Shown here one piece after another: positions 12,661-21,341 of a stretch of DNA of 43,134 nucleotides. The DNA is from Bacilli bacterium. Lineage in GTDB: Bacteria > Bacillota > Bacilli > JBOFGC01. The stretch covers positions 1 to 43,134 of the forward strand of contig JBOFGC010000083.1 of the NCBI GenBank assembly GCA_051648945.1, written 5' to 3'. The notes under the pieces are model-generated. The model worked only from the letters and a program-made list of their open reading frames with translations, searched no databases and was not told the origin of the DNA. Made by a program: the position numbers and the translations under genes. Within the stretch, counting starts at the first letter, position 1. Each line of letters opens with the position of its first letter.

Positions 12661-12897
12661 ATGAAACCTAAAATTAAATTGTTTGGTGCGACCTGGTGTG
12701 GCACATGTTCTATGGTAAAACCGCTGCTGGAGCGTCTAGGTGAAGTTGAATACATCGACGTTGATGAAGATGTAGATACAACAGCGGAATACGGCGTACG
12801 CGCTTTACCAACGTACATCAACGAAGAAACTGGCGACCGTGGTACTGGTCCAGTTCGTAATCTGCAAGAGCTTCGTGAAGTTCTAGGAATAGAGTAA
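12661..12897 (+). CDS. thioredoxin-fold redoxin (WCGTC active site), probable RNR reductant
   Basis: 78 aa, KLFGATWCGTCSMVKP, cis-Pro region ALPTY. Immediately downstream of nrdA. Confidence 0.8.
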   Translation: MKPKIKLFGATWCGTCSMVKPLLERLGEVEYIDVDEDVDTTAEYGVRALPTYINEETGDRGTGPVRNLQELREVLGIE

Positions 12898-12902
12898 AAT
12901 AA

Positions 12903-12923
12903 GGAGCCTTCGGGCTCCTTTTT
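12903..12923 (+). terminator. intrinsic terminator, GGAGCC-TTCG-GGCTCC copy
   Basis: Exact hairpin plus T5. Confidence 0.85.
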
Positions 12924-12924
12924 C

Positions 12925-12954
12925 GTTTATATTTCTACTCTCGTGGTGTATAAT
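12925..12954 (+). promoter_or_regulatory. early-type promoter (GTTTAT-N18-TATAAT)
   Basis: Directly follows the terminator (terminator-promoter cassette). Confidence 0.55.
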
Positions 12955-12991
12955 GTATACATCAAACTACATCAAGCAAAGGGAAACAGTT

Positions 12992-13279
12992 ATGATCAAG
13001 TTTTACGATGAAAAACAGCTCAATAACAAAACTACCGAAGAGTTAATCGACTTGCACAAGGAACTGCGATTCGTGATTACCGGTCGTAAATTCGCATGTG
13101 ATACTCCTAGTTCGTCTGATATCACAATCAATAAGAAATACGAAACGATGTTAGTCACGTTAGATTCTATCATCACGAAACGTCAGAATCTAGAATCCGC
13201 ATCTCGTCCTCGCAAGACCGGACACGACAAGCGCGCCCGTCGCCATGGCATCGAAATGAAACGAGGTTATGATGCGTGA
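12992..13279 (+). CDS. hypothetical protein, 95 aa, basic C-terminus
   Basis: ATG at 12992 with RBS AAGGGAAA. The ORF-track ATG at 12953 lies inside the -10 hexamer. Confidence 0.6.
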   Translation: MIKFYDEKQLNNKTTEELIDLHKELRFVITGRKFACDTPSSSDITINKKYETMLVTLDSIITKRQNLESASRPRKTGHDKRARRHGIEMKRGYDA

Positions 13280-13649
13280 TGAAGAATTAGTTCCTCTTGC
13301 CGATACTGACAGCGACCCTGCATGTTTCGTGTCCTGTCTAATCGACGCAGCAGGCAAAGCGCATGTTATGCATTTGAACACACGTAGCTATGCCGAACAT
13401 AAAGCTCTGGATAAGTTATATAAAGAACTACCAGAATACACTGACCGCATCGCCGAAGCATTAGCAGGCATCACAGATGTTCGCTACGAACATCACGACG
13501 TGGAATACTTTAGTTCTGATGATATGCTCCTTAAATTGTATTTGCACGGCATGAAAGTACACGCAACTGCCGTTCCTGCTATCACGAATCCTATCGAAGA
13601 CGTATTGACGTTTATTCAACAAATCCGTTACTTATTAAAACTTAAATAA
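13269..13649 (+). CDS. hypothetical protein, 126 aa (helical, weak Dps/ferritin-like pattern)
   Basis: Overlaps the preceding stop. HVMHLNTRSYAEHKALDKLYKELPEYTDRIAEAL is only loosely Dps-like. Confidence 0.6.
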   Translation: MMRDEELVPLADTDSDPACFVSCLIDAAGKAHVMHLNTRSYAEHKALDKLYKELPEYTDRIAEALAGITDVRYEHHDVEYFSSDDMLLKLYLHGMKVHATAVPAITNPIEDVLTFIQQIRYLLKLK

Positions 13650-13667
13650 GGGGCAACTGCCCCTTTT
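13650..13667 (+). terminator. intrinsic terminator (weak T-run)
   Basis: GGGGC-AACT-GCCCC followed by TTTT. Confidence 0.55.
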
Positions 13668-13676
13668 GAGAAGAAA

Positions 13677-14279
13677 ATGTCACTTTATTTTTATTATAGT
13701 TCAATGAATGCGGGGAAATCCACGCATTTACTACAAGCATCATACAATTACCAAGAACGCGGAATGAAAACTATTCTACTCACCGCTGCGATCGATAATA
13801 GATTCGAGACGAGTCAGATCACATCTCGCGTAGGATTATCCGCTCCTGCGTTGACTTATGATGAAACAACTGATATCGTAGATCTTGTGATGAACGGCGA
13901 TTATATTGTTCCTGCCGATTGTATTATGGTAGACGAAGCTCAGTTTCTTTCGCGCGAACAAGTACTACAGTTAGCAAAAATCGTTGACACGTACAATGTC
14001 CCAGTGCTATGCTACGGTTTACGAACTGACTTCAAAGGTGAGTTATTTGAAGGTTCAGCGGCATTACTTGCGCTTGCTGATAAGTTGATCGAACTGAAAG
14101 GTATGTGTCACTGTGGCAAAAAAGCTACAATGGTGATTCGATGCGATTCTAATGGTAAAATGATATTAGACGCTCCCCAGATTGAGATTGGAAACAACGA
14201 TAAGTATGTTAGTGTGTGTCGTAAGCATTACATGTTAACTAAACTTGATCGATTGAAGGAAATAGAATGTCAGAAATAA
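13677..14279 (+). CDS. tdk: thymidine kinase
   Basis: 200 aa. YFYYSSMNAGKSTHLLQ P-loop, VDEAQF Walker B, C-terminal Zn-type cysteines CHCGKKA…VCRKHY. Confidence 0.9.
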   Translation: MSLYFYYSSMNAGKSTHLLQASYNYQERGMKTILLTAAIDNRFETSQITSRVGLSAPALTYDETTDIVDLVMNGDYIVPADCIMVDEAQFLSREQVLQLAKIVDTYNVPVLCYGLRTDFKGELFEGSAALLALADKLIELKGMCHCGKKATMVIRCDSNGKMILDAPQIEIGNNDKYVSVCRKHYMLTKLDRLKEIECQK

Positions 14280-14584
14280 CAATCAGAAACTCACCAGACG
14301 TACGCAAAGGCATGCCATCGTGCGATTTAACTCGAATCAGAATCGAGATTTTCGCAAATGGTAAAAGCGTGTTTGATCGTGAAGTTATGAAATCGAAATT
14401 CGTCCATGATGCTCTGGATGAATACGAAGAAAAATTAATGAAATTATACTCGCTTAAATTTAAAATTGCAGTTATAATTCATTGTATCTGGACAGTAGGG
14501 CATCAAGTGTTCGAAACTTCAGAGTATCAAGGAGCAAGGGACATTATTCCTACGCTTTCTCTAATGGGTACTAAGTTACCTTAA
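14267..14584 (+). CDS. hypothetical protein, 105 aa
   Basis: Overlaps the tk end by 13 nt. No family recognised. Confidence 0.55.
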   Translation: MSEITIRNSPDVRKGMPSCDLTRIRIEIFANGKSVFDREVMKSKFVHDALDEYEEKLMKLYSLKFKIAVIIHCIWTVGHQVFETSEYQGARDIIPTLSLMGTKLP

Positions 14585-14597
14585 TTTACCAATAATT

Positions 14598-14610
14598 CTT
14601 GGGAGTCAAG
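14598..14610 (+). promoter_or_regulatory. 13-nt motif CTTGGGAGTCAAG containing the natV SD (identical copy at 26804-26816)
   Basis: Exact repeat. CTTG/CAAG can pair around the loop GGAGT. Ends 2 nt before the natV ATG. Confidence 0.7.
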
Positions 14611-14612
14611 AA

Positions 14613-15671
14613 ATGAAAAAATATTCTAAAGCAGTTGTGATTGGCCGTTTTAACCCTGGTATGCATAAAGGTCACATCGAGTTGGTTCGTAAAGGTCTTG
14701 AAGTTGCCGAAAAGGTTATTATCCTTGTTGGTTCAGCGGATCGTTTTCCTGATGTGAAGAATCCTATCGGTTCAACCGGTCGTATTAGTCATGTTCGTGA
14801 TGTTGTTTGTTCACATTTCCATGATGACCGATATCGTGTTACTGTATTGGGCCTAGATGATTACAACAGCGACGAAAAGTGGAAAACCGAAGTTCGTTCT
14901 CGTGTAGGCGAAACACAAACAGACAATATCGCTATGATAGGATATGAGAAAGATCAAGATTCTTACTGGCTGAAAGAGTTTGATTGGGATCTTGTGGCAG
15001 TTGAGCCGTACATGGTCAATCACTACGGACGACGTGTTCCTATGAGTTCTACGTTTATCCGCGATTCTTGGTTGCGCACAGGCGAATACACACTACGTGA
15101 TGCGTTGCCAATTGAAACTCGTGAACTACTCGAAGATTTCATGGACGTCAACGAATACGAATACGCCCGTCTACGTGAAGAGCGTCGATATTGGGATAAG
15201 GAACTGGAGAAGTTCGAATCTTATCCTTATGCAGCATCATTGAATCACTGCACAGCGGATGCTGTTGTTCTGTGTAATAACAACGTTCTTCTTATTCAGC
15301 GTAAGTTCACTCCTGGCAAAGGCGCACTTGCACTACCTGGCGGACACAAAGACAGTAACGAGACATTTCGTTATGCTGCTCTGCGTGAACTGGAAGAAGA
15401 AGTTAACCTGAAAGTGCCTGCTAAAGTTATTCGTGGTTCTATTCGTGATAGTCATTTGTTTGACAATCCGAATCGTAGTCCTGTGTTTAGTAAGCCTACC
15501 GTTGCTCAGTATATCGTGTTGCAACCTGACGCTGATGGAACGCTGCCTAAAGTACGCGCTGCATCCGACGCAAAAGCTGCTACATGGTATCCTTTGCACT
15601 GGATTCGTAAGAACCGTGATATTCTGTTCGAAGATCACTATCAAATCATCGAACATTTTACCGGTATTTAA
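14613..15671 (+). CDS. natV: bifunctional NMN adenylyltransferase / Nudix hydrolase (KVP40 NatV-like)
   Basis: 352 aa. N-terminal cytidylyltransferase-type GRFNPGMHKGH (HxGH). C-terminal Nudix box GGHKDSNETFRYAALRELEEEVNL. Confidence 0.9.
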   Translation: MKKYSKAVVIGRFNPGMHKGHIELVRKGLEVAEKVIILVGSADRFPDVKNPIGSTGRISHVRDVVCSHFHDDRYRVTVLGLDDYNSDEKWKTEVRSRVGETQTDNIAMIGYEKDQDSYWLKEFDWDLVAVEPYMVNHYGRRVPMSSTFIRDSWLRTGEYTLRDALPIETRELLEDFMDVNEYEYARLREERRYWDKELEKFESYPYAASLNHCTADAVVLCNNNVLLIQRKFTPGKGALALPGGHKDSNETFRYAALRELEEEVNLKVPAKVIRGSIRDSHLFDNPNRSPVFSKPTVAQYIVLQPDADGTLPKVRAASDAKAATWYPLHWIRKNRDILFEDHYQIIEHFTGI

Positions 15672-15676
15672 TAAAA

Positions 15677-15698
15677 GGAGCCTTCGGGCTCCTTTTTT
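15677..15698 (+). terminator. intrinsic terminator, GGAGCC-TTCG-GGCTCC copy
   Basis: Exact hairpin plus T6. Confidence 0.85.
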
Positions 15699-15727
15699 GT
15701 TTACATTCTCAAATTATCCTGTATAAT
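15699..15727 (+). promoter_or_regulatory. early-type promoter (GTTTAC-N17-TATAAT)
   Basis: Abuts the terminator. Confidence 0.6.
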
Positions 15728-15755
15728 ACATGTATGATTTAAATGAGGCAGAAAC

Positions 15756-16949
15756 ATGAAACGTACCGAAAAACGATATGACCTTGATGGAAACGAAATT
15801 CCGGTTAACGACCGATATCTGAATGTGGATAATCCGTGGGAACATTGGTGGGGAATGCCTCATTATGACCCTAAGAGTTCAGACGCGTATCATACAGTCC
15901 GTGTTGAGTTTGATAGCATGGAAGATTACGCAGAGTTTCAAAAAGAAATTAATCAGAAACACTCAGACACTACAAAAAGTATCTGGTATCCTCGATTAGA
16001 AATCGACGATTACTCTGGGATTCGTTGGGCAGCAGATGTAACTGATTCGAATAAACCGAAATATCCTATTTACTTACCGAGTAAAGGTCGTTTCGAAAAG
16101 CGTTTGACTTCTGATACATTAGTCGAGTTAGGTGTTAAGCATTATATTATCGTTGAGGCTCATCAATACGACGACTATAAAGCGGCTGTAGATGAAAACT
16201 TTGTTGAGTTGCTTATTCTGCCACAAGAATACTTAGACAATTACGACACGTTTGACGATTTAGGTTCGACTCGTAGTAAAGGTCCTGGTGCAGCTCGTAA
16301 CTTCGCTTGGGATCACTCTATTTCTATTGGTGCTAAACGCCACTGGGTTATGGACGATAACGCTAAGAACTTGTATCGCTTAGACGGCAACAAGCGCACC
16401 ATCGTTTCTACCGCTGCTGTGTTGCGTTCGATGGAAGACCACACCGATCGTTATGATAACGTTTATATCAGTGGACCGCATTATCGTTTCTTTGCGATTC
16501 CTAGTGAACGTCTGCCGCCATTCGTTCCTAACTGTCGTATCTATAGTTGTCTGTTGATTCGCAACGACATTGTAGACAACGAAGGTAAGCCTTACCGCTG
16601 GCGTGGCCGTTACAACGAAGATACAGATTTGTCTTTGCGTGTACTGAAAGATGGACACTGTACCATTCAATACAATGCGTTTTTGACTGGTAAGTTAGTA
16701 ACACAGGCAATGGCAGGCGGCAACACCGAAGAGTTCTACAGTAAAGAAGGCACATTACCTAAGTCACAAATGATTGTTGATATGCATCCTGATGTTGCTC
16801 GTTTGAAATGGATGAATGGTCGCTGGCATCACTGGGTAGATTATTCTCCGTATGAAACAAACCGCTTGCAATATCGTTCGGATATTGATATTGTGGATGC
16901 GTGTGATGAATACGGCATGTATTTGAAGAAACTAGAAAAGGTGAGCTAA
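15756..16949 (+). CDS. hypothetical protein, 397 aa; possible GT-A-type nucleotide-sugar transferase
   Basis: RBS GAGGCAGAAAC. YIIVEAHQYDDY…KGPGAARNFAWDH…HWVMDDN (DxD-like) suggests a GT-A fold. The assignment is weak. Confidence 0.7.
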   Translation: MKRTEKRYDLDGNEIPVNDRYLNVDNPWEHWWGMPHYDPKSSDAYHTVRVEFDSMEDYAEFQKEINQKHSDTTKSIWYPRLEIDDYSGIRWAADVTDSNKPKYPIYLPSKGRFEKRLTSDTLVELGVKHYIIVEAHQYDDYKAAVDENFVELLILPQEYLDNYDTFDDLGSTRSKGPGAARNFAWDHSISIGAKRHWVMDDNAKNLYRLDGNKRTIVSTAAVLRSMEDHTDRYDNVYISGPHYRFFAIPSERLPPFVPNCRIYSCLLIRNDIVDNEGKPYRWRGRYNEDTDLSLRVLKDGHCTIQYNAFLTGKLVTQAMAGGNTEEFYSKEGTLPKSQMIVDMHPDVARLKWMNGRWHHWVDYSPYETNRLQYRSDIDIVDACDEYGMYLKKLEKVS

Positions 16950-17155
16950 TGCGTTATTTTAACCCGGACGATGCACCGGAAGAAGTAGTAGAAAAAGAAA
17001 CAGAAGGCAAACACATCACTGCTCGTTTTCGTAACGAAGACGACATGAAACAGTTTTTTAAGCTAATCGGTGCAGGAAACATTGACACACGAACAAAAGT
17101 AGTGAAATATGTACCTCCATCGAAGCGTACAAGTTTAGACTTTTTATGGAGCTAG
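16949..17155 (+). CDS. hypothetical protein, 68 aa
   Basis: TAATG overlap with the previous gene. Confidence 0.55.
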   Translation: MRYFNPDDAPEEVVEKETEGKHITARFRNEDDMKQFFKLIGAGNIDTRTKVVKYVPPSKRTSLDFLWS

Positions 17156-17156
17156 T

Positions 17157-17417
17157 ATGATTCGTACAATGAGCATCGAGAAACCAGGCACTAAATTTAA
17201 AATTGATGAACGTGAATACGAAACAGTAGGTGTTGTGAATCGTGGTGGCTATATGTGCCACGATTACAAATCCGTGTTAACTGTCACGCACACGAATGGC
17301 ACACAAGGTCCTCGAACGTTTGAGTGTATGTTCAAGCCGCATCTGGGAACATACGTGACTGAAGTTGGTATCAGTCATGGCAACATGATTGGTTGGAAAG
17401 CAGAAATCGAAGGTTGA
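17157..17417 (+). CDS. hypothetical protein, 86 aa
   Basis: Starts 1 nt after the previous stop. Confidence 0.55.
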   Translation: MIRTMSIEKPGTKFKIDEREYETVGVVNRGGYMCHDYKSVLTVTHTNGTQGPRTFECMFKPHLGTYVTEVGISHGNMIGWKAEIEG

Positions 17418-17421
17418 TATT

Positions 17422-17619
17422 ATGATACGTATTAGTTATGATCGTTATGATGAGATTCGCAATCGTTTAGGTGTTATTGAACGTAAATCGTACGTTTCTG
17501 AACAGGAAGAGATTTGGACACTGGTATCAAATGGACAATTCATCGCGGAAGCGATGATAACATCAACAACTGAAAATTTCTACTACTGGCCTGACCGCGA
17601 TCAAGGAAGCAACGAATGA
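17422..17619 (+). CDS. hypothetical protein, 65 aa
   Basis: ATG at 17422 with RBS GAAGG. Its ATGA overlaps the next gene. Confidence 0.5.
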   Translation: MIRISYDRYDEIRNRLGVIERKSYVSEQEEIWTLVSNGQFIAEAMITSTTENFYYWPDRDQGSNE

Positions 17620-18578
17620 AAACTGTTTTTAAGGGAGTCCATGGCTCCCATCTTTATGGACTGAATACACCAGAATCCGATATGGATTACAAGAGCGTGT
17701 TTATTCCTCCGATGCGCGACTTACTTCGTGGTAATGTTAAGTCTACCATCGAAAAGTCTACATCTGACAAGTTCCATAAAAATGACGTTGACGACGTTGA
17801 TAATACTTGGATCAGTCTGCGTAAGTTTTTGCACTTAGCGTGCGAAGGCGAAACGTTTGTTCTGGATATGTTGCATACTACACCAGAACACACTATACAA
17901 AGCTCTCCAGTGTGGGAATACATTCAACGCAATCGCTCTATGTTTTACTCTACCGACATGAGCGCTTACATGGGCTATGTTATGAAGCAGGCCAGTAAGT
18001 ATGGCGTGAAAGGTTCTCGTTTGGCTGCACTGCGTCAAGTTGTTGATGTTTTGTCTTCGTTGCCAGACGAAGCGTTCGAAATGCGCATGTTGCATATCAC
18101 TCATCTGTTGCCTAAGAACGAATTTTGTTACTGGGAGAACAGCGAGAAAGACAACATGACTTATTACCTGTTAATGGGTCGTAAGTACATGCAGACCATC
18201 AAGGTCAAAGAGTTCAGCACCGCTGTTGAGAAGCTGTGGAACGAATACGGCGAGCGTGCCCGCAAAGCTGAAGCCAACGAAGGCATCGACTGGAAAGCTC
18301 TATCGCATGCTATGCGCGGTGGCTATCAGCTACAAGAAATCTTTAAAACTGGTGACCTGGTGTATCCACTGAAAGACCGCGAAACGATCTTGAAAGTGAA
18401 ATTGGGTCAGTTACCATTCAAAGACGTGCAGGAACTGTTGAACGACGTGGTTAACGACGTTGAAAGTCTGATTGCTGTCGCCAAGCGTAATGGATTCCAA
18501 TCTACTCCAGATCTTGAATTCTGGGATAAGTTCTGTGATGACGTTTATTCTGATGAAATGCGAAATTTCTTAAAATAA
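17616..18578 (+). CDS. Pol-beta superfamily nucleotidyltransferase (RlaP / PF10127-like)
   Basis: 320 aa. N-terminal GVHGSHLYGLNTPESDMDYKSVF fits the G[SG]-x9-13-[DE]xD nucleotidyltransferase signature of that family (memory). Confidence 0.7.
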   Translation: MKTVFKGVHGSHLYGLNTPESDMDYKSVFIPPMRDLLRGNVKSTIEKSTSDKFHKNDVDDVDNTWISLRKFLHLACEGETFVLDMLHTTPEHTIQSSPVWEYIQRNRSMFYSTDMSAYMGYVMKQASKYGVKGSRLAALRQVVDVLSSLPDEAFEMRMLHITHLLPKNEFCYWENSEKDNMTYYLLMGRKYMQTIKVKEFSTAVEKLWNEYGERARKAEANEGIDWKALSHAMRGGYQLQEIFKTGDLVYPLKDRETILKVKLGQLPFKDVQELLNDVVNDVESLIAVAKRNGFQSTPDLEFWDKFCDDVYSDEMRNFLK

Positions 18579-18647
18579 AGCTTGCATATAAACGGGGTTA
18601 TGATAATATGACCCCATCGAAACGAAAGGACATTTGAGGATAATAAA

Positions 18648-19154
18648 ATGAAAACACGCAATGGTTTTGTAAGTAACAGCTCTAGCTCTTCTTTCATCGT
18701 CCACTTTCCACGTAAGCCTGAAAGTCGACAAGAACTGGCTGAAATGATGGGTGAGTGCTGCACGACTACCGATTACGGCAACGCTGGCTTAACGTCCGAT
18801 GTTGTTGTTGCTCATGTGTGGCAAGAGATGACACGCGAAGTCGAAAACGACACAACAGACGGACTATCTCCCGATACTCGTAAACTGGCTATGTTGTCCG
18901 GCAAAGACAAATGGGATATTGCTTGGGAATTGAACAATGTGTTGTCTACTTTCGACATCGAAGAAACCGACGAAAACGCAGGAAATCTGGCTGCTTTCCT
19001 GATTGATATGTTAGAAGAACAACAACCAGAAGAACACAAAAGCGGATTCACTTTCACTACGACTTATGCCGATGACTGTGGCTATTTCGAGTCTAACATG
19101 GAACATGGTAACATTTTCCGTAATCTGCCTCATCGTCGTATTAACAATCACTAA
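18648..19154 (+). CDS. MKTRNGFVSNSSSSSF-family paralog A, 168 aa
   Basis: Invariant N-terminal module, then an acidic body. RBS GAGGATAA. Confidence 0.8.
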   Translation: MKTRNGFVSNSSSSSFIVHFPRKPESRQELAEMMGECCTTTDYGNAGLTSDVVVAHVWQEMTREVENDTTDGLSPDTRKLAMLSGKDKWDIAWELNNVLSTFDIEETDENAGNLAAFLIDMLEEQQPEEHKSGFTFTTTYADDCGYFESNMEHGNIFRNLPHRRINNH

Positions 19155-19162
19155 GGTGCAGC

Positions 19163-19567
19163 ATGAACTACACTGTTAAATTGATGAAATCCCTAATTGA
19201 TGCTATGGATCTACTAGGATTTGAGCCAGCAAATGGTGCGTGTGGATACCGCGGGTTCAAAACTAAAAAAGAACGAGCGCACGGATTCCAGTTTGTGAAT
19301 TTCGAGGATGCGTGTTATGCTCTAGCAAATATAGACAGCGTTCGAGTTCGTAACTGGTTTAGTCATGTATTTCGTTATCGATTGAACGAACACGACCAAG
19401 AGCGCATCGTGAACTGTTTCGAATATGGCAATATTCGACAAATACTACGACTGCAACTGAACCGACGTAAGTCCGGTGATCGGTTTATCTGGGTAAATAC
19501 ATGGGAAGGTAAATCTCACAAGATTGAACTTTCTGACTTAGAAACAGTAATAAAGGAAATCAAATGA
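19163..19567 (+). CDS. hypothetical protein, 134 aa (not a family member)
   Basis: Its stop overlaps the ATG of paralog B (ATGA). Confidence 0.65.
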   Translation: MNYTVKLMKSLIDAMDLLGFEPANGACGYRGFKTKKERAHGFQFVNFEDACYALANIDSVRVRNWFSHVFRYRLNEHDQERIVNCFEYGNIRQILRLQLNRRKSGDRFIWVNTWEGKSHKIELSDLETVIKEIK

Positions 19568-20013
19568 AAACACGTAATGGATTTGTAAGTAACAGCTCTA
19601 GCTCTAGTTTTATTATCGGCGTCGCTCTGTTGACTAAAGAGCAACATGACGAAGTTGTGGATAAGTTCGGCAACGGTACAGAATTTATGTCTCTAGTCGA
19701 ATTGTGTTCAGCTAACCGACATGTATGGGGCGGCCCTCGATATGACGAATCTCGTGACCAGTCGTACATCGAAGCGTTTGATGGCAATCAAGTTCAAGTT
19801 GACGGCATTAAAGCGTTCATGGAAGATAATCCTGACGGATACCTGATGTATCTAGACGCAACGGGTGACGAGCCTGATTTCGACGATGATTCATGGGAAT
19901 ATAACTACGAAGATATTGATATCGACTGGTTCAATACCAAAGATCAAGAAGCGGCAGCATATATTCACGAAGCGAATGGCGAATACACATACGGTGGTGG
20001 CTACAATGGTTAA
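19564..20013 (+). CDS. MKTRNGFVSNSSSSSF-family paralog B, 149 aa
   Basis: Invariant N-terminal module. Very acidic C-terminus (DEPDFDDDSWEYNYEDIDIDW). Confidence 0.8.
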   Translation: MKTRNGFVSNSSSSSFIIGVALLTKEQHDEVVDKFGNGTEFMSLVELCSANRHVWGGPRYDESRDQSYIEAFDGNQVQVDGIKAFMEDNPDGYLMYLDATGDEPDFDDDSWEYNYEDIDIDWFNTKDQEAAAYIHEANGEYTYGGGYNG

Positions 20014-20320
20014 TGAAATCCAAGAAGCGTTTGCAAAATATGCACTAGCACGTGAAAACCTCGGCAAGTTATTCGAAACGGAAATCGACTATGACGTTAT
20101 CGACCTAACCAATGAAAAGTGGCTAGAAGCTGATTGCGAATATGTTAAGTACGGCTTAATTGGCAAAGATACGTTCGGCGATTCGGAGTTCGATTACTCG
20201 TTTGAGATATACGGTAGCTCTCGGTGGCAGTCTCATGGTTACGTGTTATTTGTTGGCTACGACTGGTCTGGAAATCGTGGTATGTGTATGTTCGATCTAG
20301 CGAATCGCTTGACTAATTGA
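20006..20320 (+). CDS. hypothetical protein, 104 aa (not a family member)
   Basis: ATG at 20006 overlaps the end of B (ATGGTTAA). The upstream part of ORF-track 19865-20320 is an out-of-frame overlap with B. Confidence 0.55.
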   Translation: MVNEIQEAFAKYALARENLGKLFETEIDYDVIDLTNEKWLEADCEYVKYGLIGKDTFGDSEFDYSFEIYGSSRWQSHGYVLFVGYDWSGNRGMCMFDLANRLTN

Positions 20321-20362
20321 TTGTATGCTGCGCTTTCGGGCGCAGCATTTGAGGATAAAGAA

Positions 20363-20725
20363 ATGAAAACACGTAATGGATTTGTAAGTAATAGCTCTAG
20401 CTCTAGTTTTATTATCGCAGTTGCCAAAGACGATCCTCGCATCGATGCGCTCGAAGTCGCAATCGAGAAAGACCAGAATGAGGAAGGCTACGGCGAAACA
20501 GACTTCGACGAGATTCACACTAAGAGTGGTCTGAAACATTACATTCGCCGAAACTGGTGCATTGATGACGACAAACAAGAAACTTCTCCAGGTCATATGG
20601 ATAAGTTTGAATCGTTGGACGAAGGAAAAATTTTGCTGACGGTTGATGTTGATTATAACCATCGCGGCACATTCGATTTTATCATGACCAATTTCACATC
20701 CGAAGAAATTCTAGACCGGGACTAA
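20363..20725 (+). CDS. MKTRNGFVSNSSSSSF-family paralog C, 120 aa
   Basis: True start at 20363 (RBS GAGGATAA, as in A). A 9-bp hairpin at 20325-20348 lies upstream. Confidence 0.8.
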   Translation: MKTRNGFVSNSSSSSFIIAVAKDDPRIDALEVAIEKDQNEEGYGETDFDEIHTKSGLKHYIRRNWCIDDDKQETSPGHMDKFESLDEGKILLTVDVDYNHRGTFDFIMTNFTSEEILDRD

Positions 20726-20727
20726 TA

Positions 20728-21111
20728 ATGAAAACACGTAATGGATTTGTAAGTAATAGCTCTAGTTCATCTTTTATCGTTGCACTGCAAGAAGAACCTA
20801 AGTTGACAATAGGCGATACCTCGATTCCTATTTCGAAATTGGTGTCTACCCGCGTGTTGAATGCATCGGGTTCCGTTGACGATTTTGTTGATGAGATGAA
20901 TGGTGAATTTTGTTGCATTGAGCCAGAAAATGGCGAATCTTTGTTGGATGCGGTTGCGGTAGACATCCCATGGATAAAGGATGCTGTTGAGTTGCACAAT
21001 AAAGGATACAAGATCATTCGGTTTGACATCGATTACAGCGACGAAACCGGGTCTAGTCTGGTCAATCTTATCATCAAACATAGTAAAGGTGTGGAGCTGA
21101 GTTCGTACTGA
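20728..21111 (+). CDS. MKTRNGFVSNSSSSSF-family paralog D, 127 aa
   Basis: Starts 2 nt after the stop of C. Confidence 0.8.
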   Translation: MKTRNGFVSNSSSSSFIVALQEEPKLTIGDTSIPISKLVSTRVLNASGSVDDFVDEMNGEFCCIEPENGESLLDAVAVDIPWIKDAVELHNKGYKIIRFDIDYSDETGSSLVNLIIKHSKGVELSSY

Positions 21112-21341
21112 TGGATACTTTCGTTCAATTAGCTATTATGTTGACGGGCGTAGTTGCTGTGTTTCTGACACAGCAATCAAATCCTAAACTAAAGAAATAT
21201 GCTTGCATATTTGGTCTTATTGCTCAACCGTTCTGGCTTTATGCGACATATACAGCAGGACAATGGGGAATATTCTGTATGACTTTTCTATACACGTATT
21301 CCTGGGCTACTGGCGTTTATAATAACTGGATCAAGAAATGA
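21111..21341 (+). CDS. small membrane protein, 76 aa, three predicted TM helices
   Basis: MDTFVQLAIMLTGVVAVFL…FGLIAQPFWLYATY…WGIFCMTFLYTYSWATGVYNNW. ATGA overlaps on both sides. Confidence 0.7.
   Translation: MDTFVQLAIMLTGVVAVFLTQQSNPKLKKYACIFGLIAQPFWLYATYTAGQWGIFCMTFLYTYSWATGVYNNWIKK

Noticed and set aside
19865-20005. N-terminal extension of ORF-track 19865-20320.
   Set aside because: - It overlaps paralog B out of frame for 141 nt and has no RBS.
- The ATG at 20006, overlapping the stop of B, gives a compact coupled gene.
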